A stretch of 43,940 bases of DNA from contig JAJFGH010000048.1 of NCBI GenBank assembly GCA_021776275.1, positions 1 to 43,940 on the forward strand, given 5' to 3'. The notes beneath the pieces were generated by a model that saw nothing but the letters and a program-made list of their open reading frames with translations, was not told where the DNA came from and made no database searches. A program made the translations under genes and the position numbers. Shown piece after piece: positions 1 to 9,965 of the stretch; the first letter of the stretch is position 1, and the number at the start of each line of letters is the position of its first letter. The stretch is from Alphaproteobacteria bacterium. Lineage in GTDB: Bacteria > Pseudomonadota > Alphaproteobacteria > GCA-2746255.

Positions 1-678
1 TTGAGCGGCGGGGTCGATTCGGCGACGGCGACGGCGCTGGCATTGGCGGACGGTTTCGCGGTCCATGCGCTTTCCTTCCGCTATGGCCAGCGCCACGTGC
101 AGGAGATCGAGGCGGCGAAGAACGTGGCCGCCCAGCTTGGCGCGGCAGCGCATAAGATTCAGGAAATCGATCTTCGGCTCTTTGGCGGTTCGGCGTTGAC
201 GGACGCGATCGCGGTGCCGAAGGACCGCGCGGTGGAAGCGATGCCGGCGGAAATTCCCGTGACCTATGTACCGGCGCGCAACACGATTTTTCTTTCCTTT
301 GCCCTGGCCTGGGCGGAGGTGTTGGCGGCCGAGGCGATTTTCATTGGTGTCAACGCGCTCGACTACAGCGGCTATCCGGATTGCCGGCCCGAATTCATCG
401 CCGCGTTTGAACATTTGGCGACGCTGGCGACGAAGGCGGGCGTCGAAGGAAAACCGATTTCGATTTGCACGCCGTTGATTGCCTGCAGCAAGGCGGAGAT
501 CATAAAAAAAGGTGTGGCCCTCGGCGTCGATTACGGGCTGACACGAAGCTGCTATGACCCGGAACCTTCGGGCGCGGCCTGCGGGCGCTGCGATTCGTGT
601 CAGCTTCGCCGCAGGGGGTTCGAGGAGGCAGGGCTTGCAGATCCGACGCCCTATGCGAACAAGAGCAAAACGCCATGA
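1..678 (+). CDS. queC: 7-cyano-7-deazaguanine (preQ0) synthase QueC, 5'-truncated by window edge
   Basis: The frame opens inside the PP-loop motif (LSGGVDS). A C-terminal Cys cluster (CGRCDSC) is typical of the QueC Zn site. The stop overlaps the next start (ATGA). Confidence 0.9.
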   Translation: MSGGVDSATATALALADGFAVHALSFRYGQRHVQEIEAAKNVAAQLGAAAHKIQEIDLRLFGGSALTDAIAVPKDRAVEAMPAEIPVTYVPARNTIFLSFALAWAEVLAAEAIFIGVNALDYSGYPDCRPEFIAAFEHLATLATKAGVEGKPISICTPLIACSKAEIIKKGVALGVDYGLTRSCYDPEPSGAACGRCDSCQLRRRGFEEAGLADPTPYANKSKTP

Positions 679-1316
679 GCTACGCGGTAAAGGAAATTTA
701 CGGCACCCTTCAAGGGGAAGGCGCCCAGATCGGCCGCGCCGCCATTTTTCTGCGCTTTTCGGGCTGCAATTTGTGGTCGGGGATCGAGGCGGACCGGGCG
801 TCGGCCGTGTGCCAATTTTGCGACACGGCGTTTGTCGGCATGGATGGCGAGGGCGGCGGGCGCTTTGCTGATGCGAACGCGCTTGCCCAGGCCGTGCGCC
901 GCAAATGGGAACGCGTCCATGGAGACCGGGGCGCGCCTTTCGTCGTTTGCACCGGGGGCGAGCCGTTGCTGCAACTGGACGCGGCGCTGTTGGCGGCGCT
1001 GCATGGGGAAGGCTTTCGGGTGGCGGTCGAGACCAACGGCACCCAGGCGCCGCCCGCGGGCATCGACTGGCTCTGCGTCAGCCCGAAGGCGGGGGCGGCC
1101 TTGCGGGCCACCCAGGGGGACGAGTTGAAGCTCGTCTACCCCCAGGCAGCCGCCGCCCCGGAGACCTTCGAAGGTCTTGATTTTCAACATTTCTTTTTGC
1201 AGCCTCTGGACGGACCGGCGAAGGCGCGCCATACCGCCGAGGCGCTGGACTATTGCCTGCGCCATCCGCAATGGCGTTTGAGCCTGCAGGCGCATAAATT
1301 GCTCGGCTTGCCGTGA
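675..1316 (+). CDS. queE: 7-carboxy-7-deazaguanine synthase QueE (radical SAM)
   Basis: [34 protein letters not shown]... is a QueE N-terminus. The Cys motif is C-x14-C-x2-C (C31, C46, C49). I chose the ATG at 675 (4-nt overlap with queC) over the ORF-track start at 597. Confidence 0.88.
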   Translation: MSYAVKEIYGTLQGEGAQIGRAAIFLRFSGCNLWSGIEADRASAVCQFCDTAFVGMDGEGGGRFADANALAQAVRRKWERVHGDRGAPFVVCTGGEPLLQLDAALLAALHGEGFRVAVETNGTQAPPAGIDWLCVSPKAGAALRATQGDELKLVYPQAAAAPETFEGLDFQHFFLQPLDGPAKARHTAEALDYCLRHPQWRLSLQAHKLLGLP

Positions 1317-1355
1317 TCGGTGCGGCGTTTAAGGGGCGGACCCCAAAAGGCGAAG

Positions 1356-1727
1356 ATGGAAATCTACAAAAGTTTTACCTTCGAGGCGGCGCATCTTTTG
1401 CCGAACGTGCCGGAAGGCCATAAATGCGCGCGCCTTCATGGCCATTCCTTTCGGGTCGAGTTGCGCGTCGCCGGACCGCTTGGGGCGGAAAGCGGCTGGG
1501 TGATGGACTTTGCCGATCTTGAGGCGGCCTTCGCGCCGCTCCATGCCATCCTTGACCACCGCTATCTGAACGAGATCGAGGGGCTGGAAAATCCGACCAG
1601 CGAGGTGATCGCGCACTGGATCTGGGAACGGCTGAAACCGGCGCTTCCCAATCTGTCCGAGGTGGTTTTGCGGGAAACCTGCAGGGCCGGGGCCGTCTAT
1701 CGGGGCGACGAAGGGGCGGGGTCCTAG
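1356..1727 (+). CDS. queD: 6-carboxy-5,6,7,8-tetrahydropterin synthase QueD
   Basis: [32 protein letters not shown]... is a PTPS/QueD-type sequence with His/Cys ligands. It is about 123 aa. I chose the ATG at 1356 (AAGG 6 nt upstream) over the alternative start at 1320. Confidence 0.87.
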   Translation: MEIYKSFTFEAAHLLPNVPEGHKCARLHGHSFRVELRVAGPLGAESGWVMDFADLEAAFAPLHAILDHRYLNEIEGLENPTSEVIAHWIWERLKPALPNLSEVVLRETCRAGAVYRGDEGAGS

Positions 1728-2188
1728 CCGCGTCCGCGATAGGGGGCGCCGCCGGGTTCCGGCAGCCAGACGTCTTTCGGCGGCGGCCCGGACTGATAAA
1801 AAATATCGATCGGTATGCCGCCGCGCGGGAACCAATAGCCGGCCAGGCGAAGCCATGCGGGTTGAAGCGCCGCTTCCAATTTCTTGGCAATCGCCAGCGT
1901 GCAGGCCTCGTGAAAGCAGCGCGCGTTGCGAAAGGACGCCAGGTAAAGTTTCAGCGACTTGCTCTCGACGAGGCGTTTCGCCGGCACGTAGTCGAGGACG
2001 AAATGGGCAAAGTCCGGCTGGCCGGTGATCGGGCAAAGGGTTGTGAATTCGGGGCAGGTGAAGCGGACCAGATAGAGGCTGCCACTGTCCGCATTGGGTA
2101 TGCTTTCCAGCACCGCCTCTTCCGGCGAGGCCGGCAGGGCCGTCTTTTCACCAAGTTGGGTGAGCGTCTCTTCGGAAGCCGTCGTCAT
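1724..2188 (-). CDS. queF: NADPH-dependent 7-cyano-7-deazaguanine reductase QueF (single-domain, YkvM type)
   Basis: Catalytic-Cys segment [13 protein letters not shown] and QueF motif ESKSLKLYL are present. It is 154 aa and converges on queD with overlapping stop codons. Confidence 0.88.
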   Translation of the reverse strand: MTTASEETLTQLGEKTALPASPEEAVLESIPNADSGSLYLVRFTCPEFTTLCPITGQPDFAHFVLDYVPAKRLVESKSLKLYLASFRNARCFHEACTLAIAKKLEAALQPAWLRLAGYWFPRGGIPIDIFYQSGPPPKDVWLPEPGGAPYRGRG

Positions 2189-2374
2189 CCTGGGTGCCGC
2201 CTTTCATTTTGCCGGCGAAGCTTAGCGTTTCCGCAAAGGGCCGCCAAGCCATGGCCTCTCGTCCCGTGTTTGAAAGGCCCTTTGTGGATAAGTGCCTATC
2301 GCCTTGATCTTTTTAAGAAAATTTTAACCACGGCCTATTGAGCATAAAATCCTATGAACGCCGGGGCGTGCACA

Positions 2375-3496
2375 TCACCCTTCAAGGGCTTGCGATTCCT
2401 GAGCCGCCTTCGCAAGAAAAGCGTCGGCAAAGGCGTTGAGCGCGTTTCTTTCGATTGCGTCGCGAAGTCCGGCCATAACCTGCTGGTAGTAGTGAAGGTT
2501 GTGGGTGGTTAACAGCATGGCGCCCAGAATTTCGCCGGCCTTGGTCAGATGGTGGAGATAGGCGCGGGAATAATGGCTGCAGGCCGGGCAGGCGCAGGCC
2601 GGGTCCAGGGGGGCGGCGTCCTCGGCATGGCAGGCGTTTCGCAAATTCAGCTTTCCCTGCGACGTGAAGGCCTGACCGGTGCGGCCCGACCGGGTGGGCA
2701 GCACGCAATCGAACATGTCGACGCCGTTCGCTACCGCCGCCACGATGTCTTGCGGCGTGCCGACGCCCATCAAATAGCGAGGCGCTTCTTTTGGCAGATG
2801 GGGGACGGTGGCATCCAGCATGGCAAGGGTCTGTTCGCGCGCTTCGCCGACGGAAAGACCGCCGATGGCATAGCCGTCGAAGCCGATGTCGCAAAGACGT
2901 TTTGCCGATTCGCTCCGAAGGTCTGGAAAGACGCTGCCTTGCACGATTCCAAAAACGCCATAACCGTCGCGCTGCCGAAATGCTTCCTTCGAGCGTTCGG
3001 CCCACGCCATGGAAAGCCGCATCGATTTGGCGGCGTCTTCTTCCGTCGTTGGCCAGGCCGTGCATTCGTCCAGCACCATCGAAATATCCGCGTCGAGGAG
3101 GCGTTGAATGTCCATCGCACGCTCGGGGGTAAGGCGGTGGCGGGTGCCGTCGAGATGGGATTGGAAGGTGACGCCTTGCGCGTCGATCTGGCGCAGCTTG
3201 GCAAGCGACCACACCTGAAAACCGCCGGAATCCGTAAGGATTGGGCCGTCCCAATGCATGAAATGGTGGAGCCCGCCAAGGCGCGCGATCCGCTCCGCCC
3301 CCGGCCGCAGCATCAAATGATAGGTGTTGCCGAGCAGGATTTCCGCGCCGCTGGCGCGCACCATTTCCGGCGTCATCGCCTTCACGGTGGCCGCCGTGCC
3401 CACCGGCATGAAGGCCGGTGTGCGGATGGCGCCATGGGCGGTTTCAAGGCGCCCGCACCGGCCTTTGCCCGAAACGGCTAGGACTTCGAATCGCAT
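2375..3496 (-). CDS. tgt: queuine/preQ1 tRNA-ribosyltransferase Tgt
   Basis: [42 protein letters not shown] and the Zn motif [16 protein letters not shown] are present. The ORF-track start at 3730 was trimmed to the ATG at 3496 by N-terminal conservation. Confidence 0.93.
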   Translation of the reverse strand: MRFEVLAVSGKGRCGRLETAHGAIRTPAFMPVGTAATVKAMTPEMVRASGAEILLGNTYHLMLRPGAERIARLGGLHHFMHWDGPILTDSGGFQVWSLAKLRQIDAQGVTFQSHLDGTRHRLTPERAMDIQRLLDADISMVLDECTAWPTTEEDAAKSMRLSMAWAERSKEAFRQRDGYGVFGIVQGSVFPDLRSESAKRLCDIGFDGYAIGGLSVGEAREQTLAMLDATVPHLPKEAPRYLMGVGTPQDIVAAVANGVDMFDCVLPTRSGRTGQAFTSQGKLNLRNACHAEDAAPLDPACACPACSHYSRAYLHHLTKAGEILGAMLLTTHNLHYYQQVMAGLRDAIERNALNAFADAFLAKAAQESQALEG

Positions 3497-4539
3497 CGCT
3501 TCGTCTCCGGCGTCAGCAAGCAACAATCCCCATAGGAAAAGAAGCGATAGCCTTCCCGGATCGCATGGGCGTACGCCTTTTGCATGCGGTCCCTTCCAGC
3601 AAAGGCGCAAACCAGCACGAAAAGGGTCGAGCGGGGAAGGTGAAAATTCGTCAGCAGCAAATCCGCGACCTGAAATTTGTAGCCGGGCTTGATGAAAAGC
3701 GAGGTTTCGCCCGTAAAAGGCTTCAGGCATCCGTCCGCCGCCGCCGTTTCAAGCAGGCGCAGCGACGTGGTTCCCACCGGGATGACGCGCCCGCCCTCGT
3801 CCCGGGTTTTTGCAATGGCATCGACCGTGTCTCTGGAAAGCGTCCCCCATTCCGCATGCATGCGATGTTCGGCCAAATCCTCGCTGGCAACGGGCAGGAA
3901 GGTGCCGGCGCCGACATGGAGCGTCAGCGTCGTCTTGCGGATGCCGCGCGCCGCCAGGGCAGCCAGCAAGGCTTCCGTATAGTGCAGGCCCGCGGTGGGG
4001 GCCGCCACGGCACCGGGGGTTTTTGCGAAGATCGTCTGGTAGTCTTCGCGGTCCTTCCCGTCCGATCCATCTTCACGATGCAAATAAGGCGGCAGCGGCA
4101 GTCGGCCGATGCGTTCGAGAACGGCCAAAAGAGCCGCGCCGCCATGGCTCAATTGCAGGCAAACTTCGCCGCCCTCGCGCCTTTCCAGAACTTCCGCCGA
4201 AAGGCCTTCGGCAAAATCCAGGCAATCGCCCGGCTTTAATTTTCGCGCCGGCCGCGCGAAGGCGAGCCACCGGTCCGCCGCCAGCGCCTTGTGGAGCGTC
4301 GCTTCGATCTTTGCCTTTCCGCGCCGGCCAAAAAGCCGTGTCGGCAGCACGCGGGTATCGTTGAAGACCAGCAGATCACCCGGCTGCAAAAGACCGGGCA
4401 AATCTTCCATGCCATAATCGCAAAGGTTGTCACCGACGGAAAGCAGCCGCGCCCTGTCGCGCGGTGCGATGGGGCGTTCCGCGATCTGCGCGCGCGGCAG
4501 ATCGAAATCGTAACGGTCGAGGCGATCGACGTCCTTCAA
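3478..4539 (-). CDS. queA: S-adenosylmethionine:tRNA ribosyltransferase-isomerase QueA
   Basis: RYDFDLP...[16 protein letters not shown]...[12 protein letters not shown] are present. No ATG is available. TTG at 4539 has GGAG 8 nt upstream and overlaps the queG stop. GTG at 4548 is the alternative. The 3' end overlaps the tgt start by 19 nt. Confidence 0.85.
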   Translation of the reverse strand: MKDVDRLDRYDFDLPRAQIAERPIAPRDRARLLSVGDNLCDYGMEDLPGLLQPGDLLVFNDTRVLPTRLFGRRGKAKIEATLHKALAADRWLAFARPARKLKPGDCLDFAEGLSAEVLERREGGEVCLQLSHGGAALLAVLERIGRLPLPPYLHREDGSDGKDREDYQTIFAKTPGAVAAPTAGLHYTEALLAALAARGIRKTTLTLHVGAGTFLPVASEDLAEHRMHAEWGTLSRDTVDAIAKTRDEGGRVIPVGTTSLRLLETAAADGCLKPFTGETSLFIKPGYKFQVADLLLTNFHLPRSTLFVLVCAFAGRDRMQKAYAHAIREGYRFFSYGDCCLLTPETKRCDSKS

Positions 4540-5678
4540 AAATTCCACTCCGCCTGCACGTCCGGGTCGTTTTCCCGGGGCAGATGATGCGTCCGCAAAT
4601 CGGCGAAACGTTTTTCCCCGGCCAATTGGCGAAGCGCCCAGACGGCCATGCCGCGGGGCCGGGCATCGGCGTCTAAAAGATGGCCTTCGACGATGGGGAT
4701 GTTTTCGGGATCGCCAGAATTTCCAAGTGCGATCAATAGGTTGCGCAAAAAGCGTGGCCAGCCGGTGCGCTTGATCGCGGTGCCGGCGAAACCCTGCCGG
4801 AAGCCCGCCTCGCCGAGGGCGGCCAATTCGCGAAGCTTCGGCGCGATCAGATCGGCGCGGGGAAGAAACGCCGCTTCTTTCGTTTGCCGGGCAAATTTGT
4901 TCCACGGGCAAACGGCGAGGCAATCGTCGCATCCATAGATCCGGTTTCCAATCGCCTTGCGGAATTCGTGCGCAATAACGCCTTTGTGCTCGATCGTCAG
5001 ATAGGAAATGCACCGCCGCGCGTCCAGCTCGTAAGGCTTTGGGAAGGCATGGGTCGGACAAATGTCAAGGCATGCCCGGCAGGTGCCGCAACGATTGCTT
5101 TCCGCCTTGTCGGGGGCGAGGGGCAGGGTTGTCAGGATCTCGCCCAAAAAAAGCCAGGAGCCGAATTTTGTTGAAACAAGATTGGTGTGTTTTCCCTGCC
5201 AGCCGAGGCCGCCTTTCTCGGCGAGGGGCTTTTCCATCAACGGCGCGGTGTCGACAAAGACTTTTACATCGCCGCCGAAACGGGTGGCGACGAAGCCCGC
5301 AAGTTCCTTCAGACGTTTCTTGATCAAGGCATGGTAATCGCCGCCACGGGCATAGACGCTAACGTTGCCGATTTCCCCATGGCCGAGATTGCCAAGGGGC
5401 GCTTCGCCGGGCGCGTAATTCATGGCAAGGGCGATGCTGCCGCGTGCTTCCGGCCAAAGGGTCAGCGGGTCGGCGCGGGTGGGCGCGTCGCGGTCAAGCC
5501 ACGCCATGTCGCCGTGATGGCCCTGCTGCAAAAAATGCTGAAGGCCGCGGCGGCGTTTTTCGTCGGTGTCGGCTTCGAAAAAACCGATTGCGTCGAAGCC
5601 CAAGGCAAGAGCCTTTGCACGAATGGCGGCGGCCATTTCGGCCGGGTCGTCCTTCGTTGCCAAATTCTTCGCTGCCAT
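4536..5678 (-). CDS. queG: epoxyqueuosine reductase QueG
   Basis: Two ferredoxin-type clusters (CGTCRACLDICP, CDDCLAVCPWNKF) and a HEAT-like C-terminus are present, length 380 aa. The ATG lies 8 nt after the pheT stop, and a GAGG SD overlaps that stop. Confidence 0.87.
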   Translation of the reverse strand: MAAKNLATKDDPAEMAAAIRAKALALGFDAIGFFEADTDEKRRRGLQHFLQQGHHGDMAWLDRDAPTRADPLTLWPEARGSIALAMNYAPGEAPLGNLGHGEIGNVSVYARGGDYHALIKKRLKELAGFVATRFGGDVKVFVDTAPLMEKPLAEKGGLGWQGKHTNLVSTKFGSWLFLGEILTTLPLAPDKAESNRCGTCRACLDICPTHAFPKPYELDARRCISYLTIEHKGVIAHEFRKAIGNRIYGCDDCLAVCPWNKFARQTKEAAFLPRADLIAPKLRELAALGEAGFRQGFAGTAIKRTGWPRFLRNLLIALGNSGDPENIPIVEGHLLDADARPRGMAVWALRQLAGEKRFADLRTHHLPRENDPDVQAEWNF

Positions 5679-5686
5679 AATGGCCT

Positions 5687-8089
5687 CTATTGGCGAAGCT
5701 CGGCCCCGGTCGCTTTCTTCACGGCCGAGACGATCTTCTCGGCGACGGCGGCGATTTCGTCATCCGTCAGCGTTTTTTCCCGCGGCTGCAAGCGGACGGA
5801 AATGGCGAGCGATTTGTGGCCGGGGGCGATGCCTTTGCCCTGATAGACGTCAAAGACCTGTACCTCGGCGACCATCTGCCCCGCCGCCTTTTTTACGGCG
5901 CGCAGCAGATCGCCCGCCGCGACGCTTTCTTTCACGACGAAGGCAAAGTCGCGTTCGACCGCCTGAAAGGGCGACGCGTCCAGGGCCGGGCGTTGTTTGC
6001 GCCCCTCCGTCTTCGGCGCCGGCAAATGGTCGAGGAAGAGTTCGAAGCCGACGATGGGCCCCGCGACGTCCAGATGTGCGAGCACGCCCGGATGGATTTC
6101 GCCGAAGGTGGCAAGCACGTTTTTCGGCCCATAGCGCAGCGTGCCGACCCGGCCCGGATGGTACCAAGCGGGGCCTTCGGCAACGGTTTCCAGGCCCGCC
6201 ACCGCCACTCCGGCGGCGGCCAGGCCGGCCCTGGCGTCGGCCTTGGCGTCGAAGGCATCGACGCTGCGCGCGGGCGTCTGCCAATGGCGCGGGCCGGTTT
6301 GGCCGGCGCGAATCCCGGATGCCATCAAGGCCTGGTCCGCCGCGTCCAGCCCGGCATATTGCGGGCCGATTTCGAACAGGGCGAGATCGGCCATGCCGCG
6401 GGCGGCGTTGCGGCCCGCCGCCAAGATGATGTTGGGAAGAATCGACGGGCGCAGGCGGTCCAGCTCGGCGCTGATCGGATTGTCGAGGCAAAGGGCGTCG
6501 CTGCCGCCGAACGCTGCCGCTTCGTGGGAGGAAAGAAAGGACCAGGTCACGGCCTCGATCATGCCGCGGGCGGCCAGGCTGCGCCGGATGAAACCTACGC
6601 GCGCGCCATTGGTGGGGGGCGCATCGGCCCGATCGGTGGGCGCCGGTGCAAGGGGGCAGACGGGGATGTTGTCATAGCCATGGACGCGCAACGCCTCTTC
6701 GACCAGATCCGCTTCGCCCTCGATGTCGTGCCGCCAGCTTGGAACGCACATGCGATGCGTGCCGCCTTTTTCTTCGTCCTCGAAGCCAAGGCGTTTCAAA
6801 ATGGCCAGGGTTTCTTTTTCCGGCAATTCGACGCCGCCGAGAGAAGCGACGCGGCTGGGCCGGAAGGGAACGGTTTGTTCGCGGCGCGCTTCTGCGCCGG
6901 CGACAACGCATTCGCTGGGTTCGCCGCCGCAAAATTCGAGGAGGAGCCGCGTTGCCATTTCCATTCCCGGCGCGACCATGGCGGGATCGACGCCGCGCTC
7001 GAAACGATGGCGGGCATCGGTCTCAACGTTGAGTTTGCGGCCCGTCATGGCGGTCCGCACCGGATCGAAGATGGCCGATTCGACAAAGACGTTCACCGTC
7101 TCATCCGTGCAGCCGGTCGCAACGCCGCCGACGATTCCAGCTAGGCTTAAAGGGGCGTTGGCGTCGGCAATGACGCACATCTCAGGGTCAAGGGCGTGAT
7201 CCTTGCCGTCCAGCCCGCGCAAGGATTCGTCTTCGCGGGCGAGGCGGACGGTCAAGCCGCCCTTCACAAGATCCGCATCGAACACGTGCATTGGGCGGCC
7301 AAGTTCGATCGTCATCAAATTCGTCACGTCGACCAGGGCCGAGATGGGGCGAAGTCCAATGGCAAGCAGACGGCGTTGCAGCCAATCGGGACTGGGCCCG
7401 TTTTTTAGGCCCCGGATATAGCGTCCGACGAAATGGGGGCAGGCGTCGTGGGCGTCTTTTGGAAAATCGAAGGTCACGCCAAGGGGGCTTTGGAACGTTC
7501 CCGGGATCGGCGTTTCCTGCCAGGGCTTCAATTTGCCAAGCCCGGCGGCGGCCAAATCGCGGGCGATGCCGCGTACGCCCAGGCAATCGCCCCGGTTCGG
7601 CGTCAGTCCCAGATGCAGAACCGGATCGTCCAGGCCGAGGGCGGCGGCCGCGTCGTCGCCGACCCGGGCGTCCGTCGGCAATTCGATGATGCCGTCATGG
7701 TCTTCGCCAAGGGCGAGTTCCGCCGTGGAGCAGAGCATGCCTTCGCTGGTGACGCCGCGGATCTTGCCTTCGCGCAGCACCTCGCCCGATGCCGGGATGA
7801 CGGTGCCCGGCGAAGCCAGCACGCCCTTTAGACCGGCGCGCGCGTTCGGCGCACCGCAAACGATGGTGACTTCTTTTTCCCCCGTCGCCACCCGGCACAC
7901 TTGCAGGCGGTCGGCGTCCGGGTGCTTCTCCGCGCTTAGAATTTCCGCGACGCGAAAGCCCTGAAGCGTTTCCGCCGGGTTGCTGATTTCTTCGGTTTCA
8001 AGGCCGAGCGCCGTCAGCGTGTCGGCGATGGTGGCGAGATCGGCGTCCGTTTCGAGATGGGCCTTCAGCCAGCCAAGGGTGAATTTCAT
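5687..8089 (-). CDS. pheT: phenylalanine--tRNA ligase beta subunit
   Basis: [18 protein letters not shown]... with a tRNA-binding domain, B3/4, B5 and a C-terminal FDX-ACB-like end. It is 800 aa with an ATGA overlap with pheS. The ORF-track start at 8269 was trimmed. Confidence 0.93.
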   Translation of the reverse strand: MKFTLGWLKAHLETDADLATIADTLTALGLETEEISNPAETLQGFRVAEILSAEKHPDADRLQVCRVATGEKEVTIVCGAPNARAGLKGVLASPGTVIPASGEVLREGKIRGVTSEGMLCSTAELALGEDHDGIIELPTDARVGDDAAAALGLDDPVLHLGLTPNRGDCLGVRGIARDLAAAGLGKLKPWQETPIPGTFQSPLGVTFDFPKDAHDACPHFVGRYIRGLKNGPSPDWLQRRLLAIGLRPISALVDVTNLMTIELGRPMHVFDADLVKGGLTVRLAREDESLRGLDGKDHALDPEMCVIADANAPLSLAGIVGGVATGCTDETVNVFVESAIFDPVRTAMTGRKLNVETDARHRFERGVDPAMVAPGMEMATRLLLEFCGGEPSECVVAGAEARREQTVPFRPSRVASLGGVELPEKETLAILKRLGFEDEEKGGTHRMCVPSWRHDIEGEADLVEEALRVHGYDNIPVCPLAPAPTDRADAPPTNGARVGFIRRSLAARGMIEAVTWSFLSSHEAAAFGGSDALCLDNPISAELDRLRPSILPNIILAAGRNAARGMADLALFEIGPQYAGLDAADQALMASGIRAGQTGPRHWQTPARSVDAFDAKADARAGLAAAGVAVAGLETVAEGPAWYHPGRVGTLRYGPKNVLATFGEIHPGVLAHLDVAGPIVGFELFLDHLPAPKTEGRKQRPALDASPFQAVERDFAFVVKESVAAGDLLRAVKKAAGQMVAEVQVFDVYQGKGIAPGHKSLAISVRLQPREKTLTDDEIAAVAEKIVSAVKKATGAELRQ

Positions 8090-9162
8090 AGCGCGCCCCC
8101 TTGGGCCGATCGGGGCACGTCCAGGGGCAGGAAGCCGTAATGGTGCATCCAGCGAAGGTCCGCCTCGAAAAAGGTGCGCAAATCCGGAATGCCGTATTTC
8201 AGCATGGCGACCCGCTCGACCCCGAGGCCGAAGGCAAAGCCCTGATAAATGTCCGGGTCGATGCCGCAATTCGCCAACACCTTCGGATGCACCATGCCGC
8301 AGCCCAAAATCTCGAGCCAGTCGGCGCCGCCGCCGACGCGAATCTCGCCCTTGCGGCGTTCGCAGCCGATGTCGACTTCGGCCGAGGGTTCGGTGAAGGG
8401 GAAGAAGCTTGGCCGGAAACGCAACGGCACGTCGTCAAGCTCGAAGAAGGCGCGGCAAAAATCGATGAGGCAGCCTTTGAGGTGCCCCATATGGGTTTTG
8501 CGGTCGATCAAAAGGCCTTCGATCTGGTGGAACATCGGCGTATGGGTGATGTCCGAATCGCGCCGATAGGTGCGGCCCGGGGCAATGATGCGGATCGGCG
8601 GTTTTGTCGTCTGCATGGTCCGGATCTGGACGGGTGACGTGTGCGTACGCAGCACTTTGCGCTCGCCCTTTGCATCGGGCGGGAAATAGAACGTGTCGTG
8701 CATTTGCCGCGCCGGATGTTCCGGAGGAATGTTCAGGGCGGCAAAATTATGAAAATCGTCTTCGACGTCCGGGCCTTCGGCCACGGCAAACCCCATGGCC
8801 CCAAAAATTTGAAGCAATTCGTCCATCGTTTGGCTGATGGGATGTATCCGGCCTTCGCGTTCGGGCCGGGAGGGCAGCGTCATGTCGAAGCGTTCCTCCA
8901 GCAGCCGGGCGTTTAACGCCAGATCCTTGAAGAAACGGGTGCGGGCGGCGATGGCCTGGGTAGCTTCTTCTTTGAGGGCGTTGAGCGCGGCCCCCTGGGC
9001 GCGGCGTTCTTCCGGGTCGAGCTTGCCCAGCGCCTTCATGCCTTCGGTGATTTTGCCCTTCTTGCCGAGGGAGGCGACGCGCAGGCGCTCGAGCCCGTCG
9101 AGGTCTTTCACCGCCTCGATTTCGCTCAGCAATTCCGCGCGCAAGGATTTGAAGTCCGTCAT
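8086..9162 (-). CDS. pheS: phenylalanine--tRNA ligase alpha subunit
   Basis: [18 protein letters not shown]... with a class II core ([16 protein letters not shown]). GGAGAAGG SD lies upstream of the ATG at 9162. Confidence 0.93.
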   Translation of the reverse strand: MTDFKSLRAELLSEIEAVKDLDGLERLRVASLGKKGKITEGMKALGKLDPEERRAQGAALNALKEEATQAIAARTRFFKDLALNARLLEERFDMTLPSRPEREGRIHPISQTMDELLQIFGAMGFAVAEGPDVEDDFHNFAALNIPPEHPARQMHDTFYFPPDAKGERKVLRTHTSPVQIRTMQTTKPPIRIIAPGRTYRRDSDITHTPMFHQIEGLLIDRKTHMGHLKGCLIDFCRAFFELDDVPLRFRPSFFPFTEPSAEVDIGCERRKGEIRVGGGADWLEILGCGMVHPKVLANCGIDPDIYQGFAFGLGVERVAMLKYGIPDLRTFFEADLRWMHHYGFLPLDVPRSAQGGAL

Positions 9163-9186
9163 CCTTCTCCCCAGCCTTAGGAAAGA

Positions 9187-9216
9187 GAAAGGGGCTTGCG
9201 GTTGCAAGCCCCTTTC
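9187..9216 (-). terminator. Intrinsic terminator/attenuator hairpin between rplT and pheS
   Basis: Perfect 13-bp stem GAAAGGGGCUUGC/GCAAGCCCCUUUC with a 4-nt loop. On the minus strand it is followed by UCUUUCC. Confidence 0.5.
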
Positions 9217-9247
9217 TTCGAATCTGTATGCCTGTTTGGGCCCAGGG

Positions 9248-9613
9248 TCACGGCGTCGAGGCAAGCGCCGCCTGAACGCGCACGACGACTTCTTTAAAGG
9301 CGGCCGGATCGTGCACGGCAATATCGGAAAGCACCTTGCGGTCCATTTCGATCCCTGCCTTTTTGATCCCGTTCATAAATTGCGAATAACTAAGCCCATG
9401 CTCGCGGGCGCCGGCATTGATCCGCTGGATCCAAAGGGCCCGGAAGCTGCGCTTCCGATTGCGCCGGTCGCGATAGGCATATTGCAGGCCCTTCTCGACC
9501 CGCTCGATAGCGATCCGAAAACTCGATTTCCCGCGGCCGCGATAGCCAGTGGCGCGATCGAGAACTTTTTTGTGACGAGCGTGGGTCGTCACGCCTCTTT
9601 TTACACGTGCCAT
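9248..9613 (-). CDS. rplT: 50S ribosomal protein L20
   Basis: [18 protein letters not shown]...[21 protein letters not shown] is canonical L20. Confidence 0.95.
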   Translation of the reverse strand: MARVKRGVTTHARHKKVLDRATGYRGRGKSSFRIAIERVEKGLQYAYRDRRNRKRSFRALWIQRINAGAREHGLSYSQFMNGIKKAGIEMDRKVLSDIAVHDPAAFKEVVVRVQAALASTP

Positions 9614-9622
9614 GGATCGCCC

Positions 9623-9823
9623 CTATCTGCCGTACGGCATGAAAGGTCGGACGATGGCGGCATCCGAGCTCGACAAATAGGTCGTGCGCCGCGCCTGGCG
9701 TTTCATTTTTTGGGAGCGTTTGCGCATTCCGTGCCGCTTGCCCGACGGGTTCATAATGACCTTGCCTTTGGCGGTCGTCCGGAAGCGGCGCTTGACGCTG
9801 CTTTTCGTCTTCAGCTTGGGCAT
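9623..9823 (-). CDS. rpmI: 50S ribosomal protein L35
   Basis: [14 protein letters not shown]... is the canonical L35 N-terminus. The ATG at 9823 is preferred over 9832. Confidence 0.9.
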   Translation of the reverse strand: MPKLKTKSSVKRRFRTTAKGKVIMNPSGKRHGMRKRSQKMKRQARRTTYLSSSDAAIVRPFMPYGR

Positions 9824-9965
9824 TTCCCTCATCCTTTAAGTGGAGGCATCAAAAGCGGCTGGGCATGCCCTTATCGCCTCACCGCTTAGAAGAAGCAGGG
9901 TTATAGCGATTGCGCCCGGGAATGGCAAGCACCCGGAAAATGGCGTTTTTGGCATTGGCTGGGGG

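Noticed and set aside
2189-2374. preQ1 riboswitch upstream of queF
   Set aside because: I looked on the minus strand for the preQ1-I pattern, a short stem with a C-containing loop followed by CCC and an A-rich tail (AAAAAACUA), and did not find it. No preQ1-II or preQ1-III-like features were recognisable either. I kept only the generic structured-leader observation.
4540-5061. N-terminal extension of queA (the 527-aa ORF) into queG
   Set aside because: QueA similarity starts at ..RYDFDLP. The upstream part overlaps the well-supported QueG frame and is Arg-rich junk. Similar over-long ORF-track N-termini were trimmed for tgt, pheT, pheS, gltB, trpB, trpA, aroA, ptsN, hsp20, the SDR gene and uppP.
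5690-7144. 484-aa plus-strand ORF, and several others at 5566-6429 and 6141-6677, opposite pheT
   Set aside because: They are antisense to a full-length PheT with conserved domains. The products are Arg/Gly/Ala-rich with no motifs, so they are shadow ORFs.
9217-9247. pheM-like Phe-codon leader peptide ahead of pheS
   Set aside because: The 31 nt between the rplT stop and the hairpin contain no start codon followed by Phe codons.
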